Positions 26,958 to 39,779 of a stretch of 64,000 bases of DNA are shown one piece after another. The notes beneath the pieces were generated by a model. That model saw only the letters and a list, made by a program, of their open reading frames with translations, did not search any database and had not been told where the DNA came from. The stretch is from positions 3,848-67,847 of the forward strand of contig MFYT01000007.1 in NCBI GenBank assembly GCA_001789205.1. Direction: 5' to 3'. The DNA comes from Candidatus Raymondbacteria bacterium RIFOXYA2_FULL_49_16 (GTDB lineage Bacteria > Fibrobacterota > OXYB2-FULL-49-7 > XYB2-FULL-49-35). The translations under genes and the position numbers were made by a program. Each line of letters opens with the position of its first letter. Positions within the stretch are counted from its first letter, which is position 1.

Positions 26958-28163
26958 ATGGCAAAAGAAAAGTTTGAACGAAAGAAACCGCACGTCAATG
27001 TCGGTACCATAGGTCACGTTGACCACGGGAAAACCACGCTGACAGCAGCCATTACCGCTGTCATGGCGACAAAGGGTCTGGCGAAGTTCATTTCGTACGA
27101 TCAGGTGGCCAAAGCCTCCGAATCCCAGGGCCGCCGCGATGAAACCAAAATTCTTACTATCGCGACATCGCATGTTGAGTACGAGTCTGATAATCGCCAC
27201 TACGCGCATGTCGATTGCCCCGGCCACGCAGACTATGTTAAGAATATGATTACTGGCGCCGCCCAAATGGACGGTGCTATCCTTGTTGTCAGCGCTGCCG
27301 ATGGCCCAATGCCCCAGACGCGCGAACACATTCTGCTTGCCCGTCAGGTAAACGTGCCCTATATCGTCGTCTTTCTGAACAAAGTCGACGTTGTTGACGA
27401 TCCAGAGCTCCTCGATTTGGTCGAGCTCGAAATCCGCGAACTTTTATCAAAGTACCAGTTCCCAGGTGACACAGCGCCCATTATCAGAGGCAGCGCTCTT
27501 GGCGCTCTACAAAACCCCACGGATCCCGAGAAAACAAAAGCTATATTCGAGCTGCTTGATGCGGTCGATAAAAACGTTCCGCTTCCCAAGCGTGATGTCG
27601 ATAAACCCTTCCTTTTACCCGTCGAAGATGTTTTTAGCATTACAGGACGCGGTACTGTGGGTACCGGCCGTATCGAACGCGGCAAGGTCAAAGTCGGTGA
27701 AGAACTCGAAATCGTGGGTCTCAGGGACACGCGGAAAACTGTTTGTACTGGTGTCGAGATGTTCCGTAAGTTGCTCGATTATGGTGAAGCTGGCGACAAT
27801 GTTGGTCTCCTTCTCCGCGGCGTCGACAAGGAAGAGCTCGAACGCGGCATGGTACTTGCAAAACCCGGTTCGGTCACGCCGCACCGTAAGTTTAAGGCCG
27901 AGGTATACGTGCTCACCAAGGAAGAAGGTGGACGCCATACACCGTTTTTCAACAACTACCGTCCCCAGTTTTATTTCCGCACCACAGATGTCACGGGCTC
28001 CATCAAACTGAACCCGGGTACGGAAATGATTATGCCGGGTGACAACACAAATATTGAAGTTGAACTCATTTCGAGCATCGCCTTGGAAAAAGGCAACCGG
28101 TTTGCGGTCCGCGAGGGCGGTCGTACCGTGGGCGCCGGCGTTGTTCTCGATATCATTGAATAG
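26958..28163 (+). CDS. tuf: elongation factor Tu
   Basis: [36 protein letters not shown] and NKVD. 401 aa. Confidence 0.99.
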   Translation: MAKEKFERKKPHVNVGTIGHVDHGKTTLTAAITAVMATKGLAKFISYDQVAKASESQGRRDETKILTIATSHVEYESDNRHYAHVDCPGHADYVKNMITGAAQMDGAILVVSAADGPMPQTREHILLARQVNVPYIVVFLNKVDVVDDPELLDLVELEIRELLSKYQFPGDTAPIIRGSALGALQNPTDPEKTKAIFELLDAVDKNVPLPKRDVDKPFLLPVEDVFSITGRGTVGTGRIERGKVKVGEELEIVGLRDTRKTVCTGVEMFRKLLDYGEAGDNVGLLLRGVDKEELERGMVLAKPGSVTPHRKFKAEVYVLTKEEGGRHTPFFNNYRPQFYFRTTDVTGSIKLNPGTEMIMPGDNTNIEVELISSIALEKGNRFAVREGGRTVGAGVVLDIIE

Positions 28164-28171
28164 GGGAACTT

Positions 28172-28321
28172 GTGAGGGATATCATTACGCTCGAATGCAC
28201 TGTGTGCAAAGACAGGAATTATTCAACCGACAAGAACAAACGCACGCATTCTGAGCGGGCTGAGTTCAAGAAATTCTGCCGCAAGTGCAACAAGCATACG
28301 GCGCACAAGGAAACTCGTTGA
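28172..28321 (+). CDS. rpmG: 50S ribosomal protein L33 (Zn-ribbon form)
   Basis: Not in the ORF track (<60 aa). GTG start. Translation is [49 protein letters not shown]. Confidence 0.9.
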   Translation: MRDIITLECTVCKDRNYSTDKNKRTHSERAEFKKFCRKCNKHTAHKETR

Positions 28322-28327
28322 GAGAAT

Positions 28328-28400
28328 AGGTCTGTAGCTCAACTGGTAGAGTAGTGGTCTCCAAAACCATTGGTTGGGGGTTCAAATCCCTCCAGACCTG
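28328..28400 (+). tRNA. tRNA-Trp (anticodon CCA)
   Basis: Acceptor AGGTCTG/CAGACCT, anticodon loop CTCCAAA. 73 nt. Confidence 0.9.
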
Positions 28401-28411
28401 TTAAAAAAATT

Positions 28412-28597
28412 ATGCAAAAACTAATTCTGTATCTGAACGATGTCGTGGCCGAACTGAAAAAGGTCGTCTGGCCTACTCGAGACATGCTTACTCAGTCTAC
28501 AATTATCGTCATTGTGATAAGTCTCCTCTTTTCGATTTATATCCTGGGCGTCGATAAAGTGCTCAATTTTATTGTTGGATTCATTTTGCGGGAATAG
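28412..28597 (+). CDS. secE: preprotein translocase subunit SecE
   Basis: 61 aa with a single TM helix. AELKKVVWPTRDMLTQSTIIVIVISLLF. Start moved out of tRNA-Trp to ATG 28412. Confidence 0.88.
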   Translation: MQKLILYLNDVVAELKKVVWPTRDMLTQSTIIVIVISLLFSIYILGVDKVLNFIVGFILRE

Positions 28598-28607
28598 GAT
28601 TACCTGT

Positions 28608-29135
28608 ATGGCGAAAAAATGGTATGTGGTGCACACGCTTTCCGGTCACGAAGCGCGCGTAAAATCCCATCTCGAGCACGTCATTGATAGCGAGGAAATG
28701 AAGGATCAGTTCGGCCAGATCCTGCTGCCTACGCAGGAAGTACTCACTATAAAGAAAGGCAAACGGGTCACACAGACCAAGAAATTTTTTCCGAGCTATC
28801 TGGTCATCGAGATGGAAGACAACGCTCAGACCGTGCACCTTGTCACCTCGACCCCCGGTGTTACTAATTTCATCGGGGGTAAGAAACCCCAGCCCCTCAA
28901 GGCCGCTGAGGTGGAGCGCATCATTGGCCAGATTGATCCGCAAAAGCGCAAACAGGAGTCCGATATCCCATTCCTTATCGGCGACGCGGTTAAAATCAAA
29001 GATGGTCCGTTTCGCGAGTTTGACGGAACGGTAGATGAAATTTCGGTTGAAAAAGGAAAACTCAAGGTCATGGTGAGCGTTTTTGGACGGCTCACCCCTG
29101 TGGAACTCGATTTTCTGCAGGTCACTCCGTTGTAA
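28608..29135 (+). CDS. nusG: transcription termination/antitermination factor NusG
   Basis: MAKKWYVVHTLSGHEARV (NGN domain) and GDAVKIKDGPFREFDG (KOW domain). Confidence 0.95.
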   Translation: MAKKWYVVHTLSGHEARVKSHLEHVIDSEEMKDQFGQILLPTQEVLTIKKGKRVTQTKKFFPSYLVIEMEDNAQTVHLVTSTPGVTNFIGGKKPQPLKAAEVERIIGQIDPQKRKQESDIPFLIGDAVKIKDGPFREFDGTVDEISVEKGKLKVMVSVFGRLTPVELDFLQVTPL

Positions 29136-29155
29136 AGAGATAAAGGAAGGTACCC

Positions 29156-29578
29156 GTGGCAAAGAAAGAAATCGCGAAAATAAAGCTGCAGATTCCGGCT
29201 GGATCAGCAAATCCCGCCCCGCCCGTTGGATCCGCCCTGGGTCCTCACGGCGTCAATATTATGGAATTTTGCAAGTCGTTCAATGCTAAAACACAGAACG
29301 ACCGAGGCCTCATTATTCCGGTGGTTATCACGGTTTTCTCTGACCGGTCTTTCACGTTTATTACCAAGACGCCTCCGGCGTCGATATTGTTGAAAAAATA
29401 CGCCAAGCTTGAATCCGGTTCGGGTGAGCCAAACCGCGTCAAAGTGGGGAAGGTGACTAAGGCCCAGGTCAGGGAAATCGCCGAACTTAAAATGAAGGAT
29501 CTCACGGCCGCAACCGTTGAAGCTGCCATGTCGCAGGTCGAAGGCACCGCACGCAGTATGGGCATTGAAGTGGTTTAA
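29156..29578 (+). CDS. rplK: 50S ribosomal protein L11
   Basis: [42 protein letters not shown] start. Confidence 0.97.
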   Translation: MAKKEIAKIKLQIPAGSANPAPPVGSALGPHGVNIMEFCKSFNAKTQNDRGLIIPVVITVFSDRSFTFITKTPPASILLKKYAKLESGSGEPNRVKVGKVTKAQVREIAELKMKDLTAATVEAAMSQVEGTARSMGIEVV

Positions 29579-29598
29579 CGGAATACAGGGGAAGAGCA

Positions 29599-30294
29599 AT
29601 GAAAGTCGCGAAACGCATCACCGCATACGCAAGCCTTGTTGACAAGGCAAAGGAATACTCTATTGAGGATGCTGTTAAGGTCCTCAAAGAGTGCCACAAA
29701 GTAAAATTTGACGAAACTGTCGACGTGGCGGTCCGTCTGGGTATCGATCCCAAAAAGTCGGATCAGGCCATCCGCGGAGCGGTTGCCATGCCGCATGGTT
29801 TGGGTAAAAAGGTTCGCGTCCTGGTTTTTGCCAAAGAGCCCAAGGCCGCTGAGGCCACGGCCGCAGGCGCCGATTATGTCGGCGCTGAAGATCTGGTTGA
29901 AAAAATCACAGGAGGCTGGCTCGATTTTGATGTGGTTGTCGCCACACCAGATATGATGAAAATCATCGGTAAATTGGGGAAAATTCTTGGCACCAAGGGG
30001 CTCATGCCCAATCCCAAGACCGGAACAGTCACCATGGAAGTGGGTAAAACGGTCAAGGAACTGAAATCCGGCAAGGCGGTCTACCGAATTGACAAAGCCG
30101 GCATCATCCATTCGGCCGTGGGCAAAATATCTTTTGAAGCCACGGCACTCACTGAGAATATCAAAACGCTGATGCACGCGCTGGTAAAGGCGCGTCCCGC
30201 AACGGCAAAAGGTACGTTTATCCGGAAGATCAGTCTTTCCACTACCATGGGCCCGGGCCTCAAGCTCGACCGGTCCTTTCTGGAAGCCGCCTGA
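29599..30294 (+). CDS. rplA: 50S ribosomal protein L1
   Basis: [35 protein letters not shown]. Confidence 0.97.
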   Translation: MKVAKRITAYASLVDKAKEYSIEDAVKVLKECHKVKFDETVDVAVRLGIDPKKSDQAIRGAVAMPHGLGKKVRVLVFAKEPKAAEATAAGADYVGAEDLVEKITGGWLDFDVVVATPDMMKIIGKLGKILGTKGLMPNPKTGTVTMEVGKTVKELKSGKAVYRIDKAGIIHSAVGKISFEATALTENIKTLMHALVKARPATAKGTFIRKISLSTTMGPGLKLDRSFLEAA

Positions 30295-30323
30295 TCACAC
30301 TGCGCTAAGATCGGAGAACAGAC

Positions 30324-30860
30324 ATGAAATACAAAGTTGCTGACAAAGAAAAAGCCGTTAACGCTATGTGTGAACGGTTCAAAAAGTCCAATGCGGTATA
30401 TCTTATCAACGCTCTTGGACTCACGGTCGAAGAATCCACGGAACTGCGCCGGAGACTCCGCGAGGCGGACGTGTATATGAAGGTGCAGAAAAATACGCTT
30501 CTTTCCCGTGCTTTCGCCAATGCTGGGATAACCGGTCTCGACGACTATCTCGTTGGTCCCACCGCGGTTGTGGTTGCAGGGGCCGACGAAGTCGCGCCAG
30601 CGCGTATCATCACCGAGTTTGCGAAGAAACAGGTTAAAAAACTTCCCGCGTTCAAGAGCGCGGTGGTCGAAGGCAAGGTGATATCCGAGAGCCAGATAGT
30701 CGTTCTTTCGACCCTGCCCAATAAAAAACAATTGCTCGGTATGCTGGCCTCGGCGCTCAATCAGCCCACGACCAAACTAGCCGCTGTCATGCAGGCGCTC
30801 ACCACCCAGATCGCGTATGCGGTCCAGGCGGTCAAGGAACATAAGGAAAAACAGGAATAG
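30324..30860 (+). CDS. rplJ: 50S ribosomal protein L10
   Basis: Position between rplA and rplL, plus GLTVEESTELRRRLREADVYMKVQKNTL. Confidence 0.95.
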   Translation: MKYKVADKEKAVNAMCERFKKSNAVYLINALGLTVEESTELRRRLREADVYMKVQKNTLLSRAFANAGITGLDDYLVGPTAVVVAGADEVAPARIITEFAKKQVKKLPAFKSAVVEGKVISESQIVVLSTLPNKKQLLGMLASALNQPTTKLAAVMQALTTQIAYAVQAVKEHKEKQE

Positions 30861-30902
30861 AAATACGACCAAATCATTTTCAGTACAAAAAAGGAGGTAG
30901 CT

Positions 30903-31283
30903 GTGTCCGCTGCATTGTCAAATGAAGAAATCGTAACTGCCATAGGGAACAAAACAGTGCTGGAACTGTCAGAACTAGTCAAAATGATCGAGCAGACGTT
31001 TGGAGTAACCGCGGCCGCTCCGGTCGCCGTTGCCGCCGGCCCCGCAGCTGCTGCGCCCGCCGCCGAGGAACAGACTGAATTTGCTGTTGTTCTCGAAAGC
31101 GCCGGTCCCGATAAAATCAAGGTCATCAAAGTTGTGCGTGAAATCACTGGTCTTGGTCTCAAGGAGGCCAAAGACCTGGTCGATGGCGCTCCCAAGATGG
31201 TCAAAGATGCTCTGCCGAAAGCCGAGGCTGAGGAACTCAAGAAAAAAATTGAAGCACAGGGTGCCAAGGTTGTCTTGAAGTAA
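30903..31283 (+). CDS. rplL: 50S ribosomal protein L7/L12
   Basis: Ala-rich hinge and C-terminal [21 protein letters not shown]...[20 protein letters not shown] start. Confidence 0.97.
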   Translation: MSAALSNEEIVTAIGNKTVLELSELVKMIEQTFGVTAAAPVAVAAGPAAAAPAAEEQTEFAVVLESAGPDKIKVIKVVREITGLGLKEAKDLVDGAPKMVKDALPKAEAEELKKKIEAQGAKVVLK

Positions 31284-31298
31284 TTATGAAGTAATTAT
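31277..31298 (+). repeat. perfect 11-bp tandem duplication GAAGTAATTAT x2 spanning the rplL stop codon
   Basis: The sequences at 31277-31287 and 31288-31298 are identical. Confidence 0.9.
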
Positions 31299-31346
31299 AA
31301 AGAGCAGCCCTGTTAAAGCAACCCTCTTTGTATTGAAAGGACCTCA

Positions 31347-34300
31347 ATGAACGAACGTATGTCGTTTTCGCGGATAAAGAACAAGGTACCCATCCCCAAC
31401 CTTCTTGATATCCAGTTGCAGTCCTTCAAGGATTTTTTACAGGAAGACGTGCCACCCACCTCACGCAGGAAACATGGGTTGCATCAGGTTTTTCTCTATA
31501 TGTTTCCCATTTCCGATCCCAAGGGGCTTTTTTCCCTGGAGTATGTCGAGTATTCTCTCGGTGTTCCCAAGTATTCCATAGAGGAATGCAAAGACCGCGA
31601 CATGTCCTTCTCTGTTCCCTTAAAGGCGGTACTCAGCCTTCTTTCTTATGAAAAAGACGGCGATACCAAACGGTTTAAGGAGAAGATCACGAATGAAGTG
31701 TATCTGGGCGACATTCCCTATATGACCGAAACCGGCACCTTTGTCATCAATGGCGCTGAGCGGGTTATTGTCAGCCAGCTTCATCGTTCTCCTGGCGTCT
31801 TTTTCGGACAAGAAAGCAGCGTCACGGACCAGAAGCAGCTCAAGGGACGGATTATTCCTTTCAAGGGAGCCTGGCTCGAGTTTATTATTACGGTCAGGAA
31901 TGTCATTTACGTCAGTATCGACCGCAGGAGAAAATTTCCGGCCACCACCTTCCTGAGAGCGCTGGGGTATTCGAAGAATATAGATATTCTAAATATCTTT
32001 TTTGATAAAGAGGAAGTCAGCGTAACGGGAAAGCATAAAGAGTCTTTGCTCAACCGCGTGCTCAGCGAAGCTATTGTCAACAAGGAAAGCGGTGAGATCG
32101 TGGTCGATTCCGGCGAGGTGCTTACCGAAGAGAAAATTGCGCGTATCATCGAGCTTGGGGTAAAGAATATCACCGTGGTAAAAGGCGAGGATGTCGCCGG
32201 CTCAATTGTACATAGCACACTCGTCAGCGACCCCACCCGGTCCGAGGAAGATGCGCTTATCTTCATCTACACACAGATGCGCGCGGGCGAACCGCCCAAC
32301 GTCGAGACCGCCCGGCAGTTCTTCACCAAACTCTTTTTCGATCCAAAACGGTACGATCTCGGGGCCGTTGGACGCTACAAAATTAATCAGAAACTCTACC
32401 GGAACCAGGACGAGAAGGCCACCATTCTTAATACCAAGGACATTGTCGAGACGGTGAAATACCTGGTGCGTGTGTTCGAGGGCGACCCCACCTATATACT
32501 CGATGATATTGACCATCTCGGCAACCGCCGCGCCCGCACTGTGGGCGAGCTGCTCACCAGCCAGTTTGAGGCGGCCTTCATGCGTATGTCACGTACAGTC
32601 AAGGAACGGCTTTCCATCAGGGACAACGAGACGCTCACCCCCAAAGACCTTATCAACGCCCGCGCGGTTACTTCGGTCATTGGTTCCTTCTTCGGCAGCA
32701 GCCAGCTGTCACAGTTCCTCGACGAGACTAATCCGCTAGCCTCACTCACCCATAAGCGCCGCATCAGCGCCTTGGGCCCGGGCGGCCTTTCGCGCGAACG
32801 CGCCGGTTTTGAAGTACGCGACGTGCATCATTCGCACTACGGCCGTTTCTGCCCCATTGAAACGCCTGAAGGACCGAACATCGGCCTTATTTCCTCACTA
32901 TGCACCTACGCCAAGTTCAACGAATACGGTTTTCTCGAATCGCCATATTTTGTTGTCAAAAGCGGACGTGTCACCGAGGAAATCGTCTATCTCAGCGCGG
33001 ACGACGAAGACCACTATGCCATCGCACAGGCCAACGCGCCGCTTACCCCGAAGCGCACCTTTGCCAACCCACTGGTCTCGTGCAGGCAGAAGGGTGATTT
33101 TCCCTTCCTGCCGCCGGACAAGGTCGATCTTATGGACGTTTCACCTACGCAGCTTGTCAGTGTTGCCGCAGGTCTTATTCCTTTTCTCGAACACGACGAC
33201 GCCAACCGCGCACTTATGGGTTCGAACATGCAGCGCCAGGCGGTTCCACTCCTCATGCCCGAAGCACCCATCGTGGGGACCGGTCTCGAGGGCACAGCCG
33301 CATACGATTCCGGGGTCATGGCCATTGCAAAGCACGCGGGTGTTGTCGAGCGTGTATACGCCGACCGTATTGTCGTACGGCGCAAGGGCAAAGCCCAGGA
33401 CGATGATGAATACGCTGAATTTCCCGAATTCGACACGTATATTCTTCGTAAATTCAAACGGTCTAACCAGGACACTTGTTTTAATCAGAAACCCATTGTC
33501 GACGCGGGCAACAAGGTCGAAAAGGGCATGGTACTTGCAGACGGTCCGGCAACGCAGAAGGGTGAATTGGCCTTGGGCCGTAATGTTCTCATCGCTTTCA
33601 TGCCTTGGCGGGGATACAACTTTGAGGATGCCATTATCCTGAACGAACGCCTTGTCAAAGAGGACGTTTTTACCTCGGTCCATATCGAGGAATTTCAGCT
33701 CGAAGTCCGTGATACCAAGCGCGGCGCCGAGGAGATCACGCGCGAAATACCCAATGTAAGCGAAGACGCCCTTCGCAATTTGGATGAGAGCGGCATCATC
33801 CGCGTAGGCGCCGAAGTTGAACAAGGCGACATCCTGGTCGGTAAAGTCACCCCCCGCGGCGAAACTGAGCTTACTCCTGAAGAGAGGTTGCTTCGAGCCA
33901 TTTTTGGCGAAAAGGCAAGCGACGTGAAGGATAGTTCGCTGAAAGTGCCTCCCGGTATCAAGGGTATAGTTTTAGATACGAAGTCGTTCTCCCGTAAAGA
34001 CCGGAGTAAAAACGCCCGCAAAAGGGATAAACAGGTCATCGAGAACATGCAGGAGGAAATCGGTCGCCAAATCGCGGTTGTCAAGAAATTGCGCGACAAA
34101 AAGCTGATAGAACTTCTGAAAGGCGCGGAACTTTGCGAATTCCGCAGTCCCGAGACCAACGAGGTTCTCATCAAGGAAGGAACAAAATTTTCCGCCGATT
34201 CCCTGAAAAAGGTCGATTTTACCCGGCTCATCTCCTCGCAGGATATTGTGGCCGATAAACGTCTGAATCGGAAGATTAAAGAATTGTTGCATATAGCCAA

Positions 34301-35117
34301 TCGTCGCATCATCGAACTTGAAGATCGTCTTGAGAAGGAGATCGACAAGATAGTCCGTGGCGACGAACTCAAACCTGGCGTACTTCAGCTGGTCAAAGTT
34401 TTTATCGCAAAGAAGCGCAAGATATCAGTTGGGGACAAAATGGCCGGAAGGCACGGCAACAAAGGGGTCATTGCCAAGATCGTACCTGAAGAGGACATGC
34501 CTGTTCTCCCGAATGGTAATACTATCGACGTCATCCTGAATCCTCTGGGGGTTCCCTCGCGTATGAACGTGGGCCAGGTGCTCGAAACGCACGCAGGTTT
34601 TGCAGCCAAAAAACTTGGCGCTACGGTGGAAACCGCGGTTTTTGACGGGGCGAAGTACGGTGACATCACGGACCTCCTAAAAAGGGCGGATTTACCACTA
34701 AACGGAAAAATGCGTCTGCTTGACGGACGTACGGGCGAATATTTTGACGAGGAAATCACCATTGGCCAGATGTACCTCATGAAACTGGCTCATCTAGTCG
34801 ATGATAAAATCCACGCCCGTTCCATCGGACCGTATTCGCTGGTCACGCAGCAGCCATTGGGTGGAAAGTCGCAGTTCGGCGGCCAGCGTTTCGGCGAAAT
34901 GGAGGTATGGGCGCTCGAGGCATACGGGGCGGCCTATACCCTCCAGGAACTGCTTACGGTCAAGAGCGACGATGTTATCGGCCGTTCACGGATCTACGAA
35001 TCCATCGTAAAGGGCGAGAATACGCCACGTCCCGGCGTTCCAGAGTCTTTCAATGTACTGGTGAAAGAAATCCAGGCGCTCTGCCTCGATATGAGGATCA
35101 TTGAGGAAGAGAGCTAA
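31347..35117 (+). CDS. rpoB: DNA-directed RNA polymerase subunit beta
   Basis: 1256 aa. [46 protein letters not shown] and [13 protein letters not shown]. Confidence 0.99.
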   Translation: MNERMSFSRIKNKVPIPNLLDIQLQSFKDFLQEDVPPTSRRKHGLHQVFLYMFPISDPKGLFSLEYVEYSLGVPKYSIEECKDRDMSFSVPLKAVLSLLSYEKDGDTKRFKEKITNEVYLGDIPYMTETGTFVINGAERVIVSQLHRSPGVFFGQESSVTDQKQLKGRIIPFKGAWLEFIITVRNVIYVSIDRRRKFPATTFLRALGYSKNIDILNIFFDKEEVSVTGKHKESLLNRVLSEAIVNKESGEIVVDSGEVLTEEKIARIIELGVKNITVVKGEDVAGSIVHSTLVSDPTRSEEDALIFIYTQMRAGEPPNVETARQFFTKLFFDPKRYDLGAVGRYKINQKLYRNQDEKATILNTKDIVETVKYLVRVFEGDPTYILDDIDHLGNRRARTVGELLTSQFEAAFMRMSRTVKERLSIRDNETLTPKDLINARAVTSVIGSFFGSSQLSQFLDETNPLASLTHKRRISALGPGGLSRERAGFEVRDVHHSHYGRFCPIETPEGPNIGLISSLCTYAKFNEYGFLESPYFVVKSGRVTEEIVYLSADDEDHYAIAQANAPLTPKRTFANPLVSCRQKGDFPFLPPDKVDLMDVSPTQLVSVAAGLIPFLEHDDANRALMGSNMQRQAVPLLMPEAPIVGTGLEGTAAYDSGVMAIAKHAGVVERVYADRIVVRRKGKAQDDDEYAEFPEFDTYILRKFKRSNQDTCFNQKPIVDAGNKVEKGMVLADGPATQKGELALGRNVLIAFMPWRGYNFEDAIILNERLVKEDVFTSVHIEEFQLEVRDTKRGAEEITREIPNVSEDALRNLDESGIIRVGAEVEQGDILVGKVTPRGETELTPEERLLRAIFGEKASDVKDSSLKVPPGIKGIVLDTKSFSRKDRSKNARKRDKQVIENMQEEIGRQIAVVKKLRDKKLIELLKGAELCEFRSPETNEVLIKEGTKFSADSLKKVDFTRLISSQDIVADKRLNRKIKELLHIANRRIIELEDRLEKEIDKIVRGDELKPGVLQLVKVFIAKKRKISVGDKMAGRHGNKGVIAKIVPEEDMPVLPNGNTIDVILNPLGVPSRMNVGQVLETHAGFAAKKLGATVETAVFDGAKYGDITDLLKRADLPLNGKMRLLDGRTGEYFDEEITIGQMYLMKLAHLVDDKIHARSIGPYSLVTQQPLGGKSQFGGQRFGEMEVWALEAYGAAYTLQELLTVKSDDVIGRSRIYESIVKGENTPRPGVPESFNVLVKEIQALCLDMRIIEEES

Positions 35118-35176
35118 CCCGATATTCGCCAGATAGAAGTAAACCGGCGTATTGTGTACAATACGGGAGGAAAACC

Positions 35177-38100
35177 TTGAGCGAAAAAATCACGTCTTCC
35201 ATCGAGAAATTAGCGGGCATCAGCATAAAGATAGCCTCTCCGGAGGTCATCCGGAGTTGGTCGTTTGGCGAAGTCACCAAGCCGGAAACTATTAACTACC
35301 GTTCATACAAACCCGAGAAAGATGGTCTTTTCTGCGAAAAGATATTTGGGCCTGTCAAAAATTGGGAATGCTCCTGCGGCAAATACAAACGTATCCGGTA
35401 TCGCGGGGTCATCTGTGATCGATGCGGCGTTGAAGTAACCCATTCACGTGTACGTCGCGAACGTATGGGACACGTTGATCTTGCGGTCCCTGTGGCGCAT
35501 ATCTGGTTTTTCAAGTCAATGCCGTGCAAAATTGGATATCTCCTCGGCATGACCACTTCTGGTCTCGAAAAGGTCATTTATTACGAAAATTACATTGTTT
35601 TGGAACCTGGCGATTCAGGCAAGGCCAAGAAGGAACTTATTAACGAGGAAGAATACCTTGCCCTCGAGGAAGCGGGCAAGAATTTCAAGGCTGAAATGGG
35701 TTCGGGTGCGCTGAAAAAAATGCTGTCAGAACTCAATCTTGATACATTGGCGCAGCAGCTGCGCGAGGTCTACCGTAAGGATAAATCGGATCAGCGCCGC
35801 CTCGACGCCATGAAGCGTCTCAAAGTCGTCGAAGCTTTCCGGAAATCCGGCAACAGGCCAGAGTGGATGGTACTCGATGTATTACCAGTCATTCCGCCTG
35901 ACCTTCGACCCCTGGTTCCTCTAGAAGGCGGCCGGTTCGCAACGTCCGACCTTAACGATCTTTATCGAAGGGTTATCAACAGGAACAACCGGCTGCGAAA
36001 ACTCATCGAAGTTCAGGCTCCAGAAGTCATTCTCCGAAACGAGAAGCGTATGCTCCAAGAAGCCGTTGACGCTTTATTCGACAATGGCAGACGCACCTAT
36101 ACCCTCCGTGGCGAGGGCAAGGCGCCCCTCAAGTCCCTAAGCGAATTGCTCAAGGGAAAACAGGGACGGTTCCGCCAGAACCTTCTGGGAAAACGGGTCG
36201 ATTATTCAGGCAGATCAGTCATTGTCGTTGGTCCCGAACTCAAGATTCATCAGTGCGGCCTCCCCAAAAGCATGGCTCTCGAATTGTACAAGCCGTTCAT
36301 TATCCGGAAACTTGAGGAGAAAGGCTACGTTCAGACGATAAAAAACGCGAAAAAATTCGTTGAGAAAGAACGCCCCGAGGTTTGGGATATCCTTGAGGAG
36401 ATCATCGAGGACCATCCTGTGCTGCTCAATCGAGCTCCAACGCTTCACCGTCTTGGGATACAGGCCTTCTACCCCGTTCTCATTGAAGGCAAAGCCATCC
36501 GTCTGCATCCTTTTGTTTGCGCAGCCTTCAATGCGGATTTCGATGGCGACCAGATGGCCGTCCATCTGCCTCTTTCATACGAGGCACAGCTTGAAGCGCG
36601 CGTTATCATGCTCTCTTCGCACAATATCCTCCATCCGGCAAACGGCCTGCCACTCGCGGTGCCCAGCCAGGATGTGGTCATTGGATGCTATTATCTTACC
36701 AAAGAAAAAGCGGGAAAAGCAAAGGCAAAGGGCCTGGAAAACATTTTTAACGGGGCCAATGACGTTCTACTAGCCCTAGACATGAAGGCGATCACACTTC
36801 ACGAACCCATCAAGGTCAGTATCAGCGGCCAAGCCATCCGGACTACTCCCGGCCGCGTTGCTTTTAATCAGATTGTTCCCGAAGAGCTAGGTTTTGTCAA
36901 CGATACGCTCGACAAAAAGAAGATCATCAAACTCATCGACCGTTATCACAAAATTGTGGGCAACAGCAAGGCCTGCGAATTTCTCGACAGGCTGAAGGCG
37001 ACTGGTTTCGAATATGCCACTCGCGGCGGTCTTACCGTATCTATTGATGATATGCTTATTCCTGATGAAAAGGAACGGATGATCAAAGAAGCTCAGAAAT
37101 CGGTCGATGAAGTGAACAGGCAATACCGCAAAGGCGTTATTACCGATGGTGAACGTTACAACAAGGTCATCGATGTCTGGACCCATACCACAAACGATGT
37201 CGCTGAAGTCATGTTCAACAAGCTTGCGGAAGACCGTGACGGTTTCAACCCAGTCTTCATGATGGCCGATTCGGGTGCACGCGGCAGCAAAGACCAGATC
37301 AAACAGCTTGCGGGCATGCGTGGTCTTATGGCCAAACCTCAGAAGAAAATCGCGGGTCAGATGGGCGAAATCATCGAGAATCCCATCACGTCGAACTTCA
37401 AGGAAGGTCTTACGGTCCTCGAATATTTCATTTCAACACACGGCGCGCGCAAGGGTCTTGCTGATACGGCGCTCAAGACGGCCGATGCGGGATATCTTAC
37501 CCGCCGTCTTGTCGATGTTGCCCAGGATCTTATCATTTCCGAAGAGGATTGCGGCACGGTGCGCGGTCTCGAGATCGAGGCGCTTAAAGAGGGTGAGGAA
37601 GTCATTGAGAGTCTCGCCAATCGTATTAGAGGACGGTTTCTCCAGCAGGACATCTATCATCCGGTTTCTGACAAACTCATCGGTGGTCAGGGTGAATATA
37701 TCACAAACGATATCGCGGAGGCCATCGAGGATGCGGGAATAGAGCAGGTCATGATCCGGTCGGTTCTCACGTGCGAATCGGACCGGGGGGTATGCATCAA
37801 ATGTTACGGACGCAACCTTGCAGACGGTAAAATTGTCAAGATAGGAGAGGCTATCGGCGTCATGGCGGCCCAGTCGATCGGGGAACCCGGTACACAGCTT
37901 ACCCTTCGTACTTTCCATATCGGCGGGACATCGGGCCGTATCGCCGCCCAAACCCGCATGGAAATGAAGAAAAGCGGTATTATTCGTTACAAAAATGTCA
38001 ATATTGTCCAGAACGATCTCGGTGTCATCGTCATTTCGCGTAACGGTGAACTTTTCGCTGAAGACGAGAACGGCCGCCGTCTCAATCATTATATAGTTCC

Positions 38101-39280
38101 TTATGGCGCGCAATTACGTGTCAAGGATGGTGACGTGGTTGCCAAGGGCGCTATTTTGTTTGAATGGGACCCGTACAACATGCTCATTTTGGCCGATAAA
38201 AATGGCACAGTCAAGTTCGAAGGCATCATTGAACGTGAGACCGTACGCGAGGAATATGACGAAACCACGGGCCTTAAAAACCTGGTGATCATCGAACACC
38301 GCGCTAAAAAAATCCATCCGCAGATTCAATTGCTTGATGAGAAAAGTGAGAAACAGAGCAGCATCTCTTTGCCGACGGGCGCCTATCTGGTGGTCGAGCA
38401 GGGCGCAACGGTTAAAGCAGGCGATACTCTTGTCAAAATCCCGCGCGAAAGTTCAAAGACGCGTGATATCACGGGAGGCTTGCCGCGCGTGTCGGAGCTT
38501 TTCGAGGCGCGCAAGCCTAAGAATCCCGCCGTTGTCTCCGATGTCGATGGTATCGTCGCTTTCGACGACGATGAACGCGGCCAGCGGAAAATAGTGGTTG
38601 TTGACGAAAACAATGAAAAACATCCCTACCTCATTCCGCACGGAAAACATCTCCGTGTGCATGCCGGCGATCGCGTCTTAGCGGGCGAACGGCTGTGCGA
38701 GGGTCCGGTCGATCCGCACGATATTCTCAGGATCAATGGCGAAAGCGCGGTACAGAAGTATCTTGTCAATGAAATTCAGGAGGTATACCGTCTCCAGGGC
38801 GTAAGTATTAACGACAAACACATAGAATCCATTGTTCGCCAGATGATGCGGCGCGTCCGCGTCACGAGCGAGGGAGATTCTGATTTTATCGTAGGTGAGA
38901 GTACTAGCAAGGCGGAAGTCCAGAAAATCAACCGTATTCTTCAGGAGAGTGGTAAAACCCCTTCCGGATACAAACCACAACTGCTCGGTATCACCAAGTC
39001 GTCCTTGGCGACTGATAGTTTTATTTCAGCGGCATCGTTCCAGGAGACCACCCGTGTGCTTTCTGATGCGGCAGTCGCGGGCAGGGTCGACCGTCTCCAC
39101 GGACTCAAGGAAAACGTTATTATGGGCAACCTCATTCCGTGCGGCACGGGAGCTCCTGCTTATCGCTACCTGAAGATCAAGGACCTTGATTCTGAAATGA
39201 AGCTTGAGATGGAACACGATAGTGAGGATGTCCTTGATATGATGAAGAAAGGGGAGGAGTCTGAAGAGGTGCTTTATTAA
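35177..39280 (+). CDS. rpoC: DNA-directed RNA polymerase subunit beta'
   Basis: 1367 aa. Zn finger [23 protein letters not shown] and catalytic [15 protein letters not shown] start after GGGAGG. Confidence 0.99.
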   Translation: MSEKITSSIEKLAGISIKIASPEVIRSWSFGEVTKPETINYRSYKPEKDGLFCEKIFGPVKNWECSCGKYKRIRYRGVICDRCGVEVTHSRVRRERMGHVDLAVPVAHIWFFKSMPCKIGYLLGMTTSGLEKVIYYENYIVLEPGDSGKAKKELINEEEYLALEEAGKNFKAEMGSGALKKMLSELNLDTLAQQLREVYRKDKSDQRRLDAMKRLKVVEAFRKSGNRPEWMVLDVLPVIPPDLRPLVPLEGGRFATSDLNDLYRRVINRNNRLRKLIEVQAPEVILRNEKRMLQEAVDALFDNGRRTYTLRGEGKAPLKSLSELLKGKQGRFRQNLLGKRVDYSGRSVIVVGPELKIHQCGLPKSMALELYKPFIIRKLEEKGYVQTIKNAKKFVEKERPEVWDILEEIIEDHPVLLNRAPTLHRLGIQAFYPVLIEGKAIRLHPFVCAAFNADFDGDQMAVHLPLSYEAQLEARVIMLSSHNILHPANGLPLAVPSQDVVIGCYYLTKEKAGKAKAKGLENIFNGANDVLLALDMKAITLHEPIKVSISGQAIRTTPGRVAFNQIVPEELGFVNDTLDKKKIIKLIDRYHKIVGNSKACEFLDRLKATGFEYATRGGLTVSIDDMLIPDEKERMIKEAQKSVDEVNRQYRKGVITDGERYNKVIDVWTHTTNDVAEVMFNKLAEDRDGFNPVFMMADSGARGSKDQIKQLAGMRGLMAKPQKKIAGQMGEIIENPITSNFKEGLTVLEYFISTHGARKGLADTALKTADAGYLTRRLVDVAQDLIISEEDCGTVRGLEIEALKEGEEVIESLANRIRGRFLQQDIYHPVSDKLIGGQGEYITNDIAEAIEDAGIEQVMIRSVLTCESDRGVCIKCYGRNLADGKIVKIGEAIGVMAAQSIGEPGTQLTLRTFHIGGTSGRIAAQTRMEMKKSGIIRYKNVNIVQNDLGVIVISRNGELFAEDENGRRLNHYIVPYGAQLRVKDGDVVAKGAILFEWDPYNMLILADKNGTVKFEGIIERETVREEYDETTGLKNLVIIEHRAKKIHPQIQLLDEKSEKQSSISLPTGAYLVVEQGATVKAGDTLVKIPRESSKTRDITGGLPRVSELFEARKPKNPAVVSDVDGIVAFDDDERGQRKIVVVDENNEKHPYLIPHGKHLRVHAGDRVLAGERLCEGPVDPHDILRINGESAVQKYLVNEIQEVYRLQGVSINDKHIESIVRQMMRRVRVTSEGDSDFIVGESTSKAEVQKINRILQESGKTPSGYKPQLLGITKSSLATDSFISAASFQETTRVLSDAAVAGRVDRLHGLKENVIMGNLIPCGTGAPAYRYLKIKDLDSEMKLEMEHDSEDVLDMMKKGEESEEVLY

Positions 39281-39318
39281 CCCCGTGAATGAGCCACGGT
39301 CTCCTGTAATAAAAGGTA

Positions 39319-39348
39319 TTGACATAAACATATGTAATGGGTTATCTT
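39319..39348 (+). promoter_or_regulatory. sigma-70-like promoter upstream of rpsL
   Basis: TTGACA-18 nt-TATCTT in the rpoC-rpsL spacer. Confidence 0.45.
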
Positions 39349-39383
39349 TTAAGACTTTACAAAAAAGAGGATTTTGACACAAA

Positions 39384-39761
39384 ATGCCGACGATCAACCA
39401 GTTAATCAGAAAAGGGCGGTCAAAGGTTTTTTCCAAGACCTCTGCGCCAGCCCTCCGAGGAAGTCCGCAGAAACGGGGCATCTGTACCCGTGTGTACACC
39501 ACAACGCCCAAGAAGCCGAATTCGGCGCTCCGGAAAGTGGCGCGCGTCCGTCTGACAAACAAGATGGAGGTCATTTGCTATATTCCCGGTGAAGGCCACA
39601 ATCTGCAGGAGCATTCCATTGTTCTCATCCGCGGCGGCCGTGTCAAAGACGTTCCCGGCGTGCGCTATCATATTGTGCGCGGTTCTCTCGACGCAAGCGG
39701 CGTCGAGGGTCGCAAACGGAGCCGTTCGAAGTATGGTGTCAAACGTCCGAAAAAGGCCTAA
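39384..39761 (+). CDS. rpsL: 30S ribosomal protein S12
   Basis: [12 protein letters not shown]...[16 protein letters not shown]. Confidence 0.99.
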   Translation: MPTINQLIRKGRSKVFSKTSAPALRGSPQKRGICTRVYTTTPKKPNSALRKVARVRLTNKMEVICYIPGEGHNLQEHSIVLIRGGRVKDVPGVRYHIVRGSLDASGVEGRKRSRSKYGVKRPKKA

Positions 39762-39779
39762 CCCCACTAGGGAGAAATC

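Noticed and set aside
28581-31267. Minus-strand ORFs of 131-216 aa across nusG, rplK, rplA, rplJ and rplL
   Set aside because: They are antisense to highly conserved ribosomal and NusG genes. These are shadow ORFs.
32809-33824. 277-aa plus-strand (32809-33642) and 227-aa minus-strand (33141-33824) ORFs
   Set aside because: Both lie wholly inside rpoB, off-frame or antisense. Their composition is typical of shadow ORFs.
37275-38113. ORFs 37275-37742(+) and 37433-38113(-)
   Set aside because: They are inside rpoC in alternative frames. These are shadow ORFs.
39282-39299. Hairpin CCGTG-N7-CACGG after rpoC as a terminator
   Set aside because: It has only a 5-bp stem and no U-tract, which is too weak to call.
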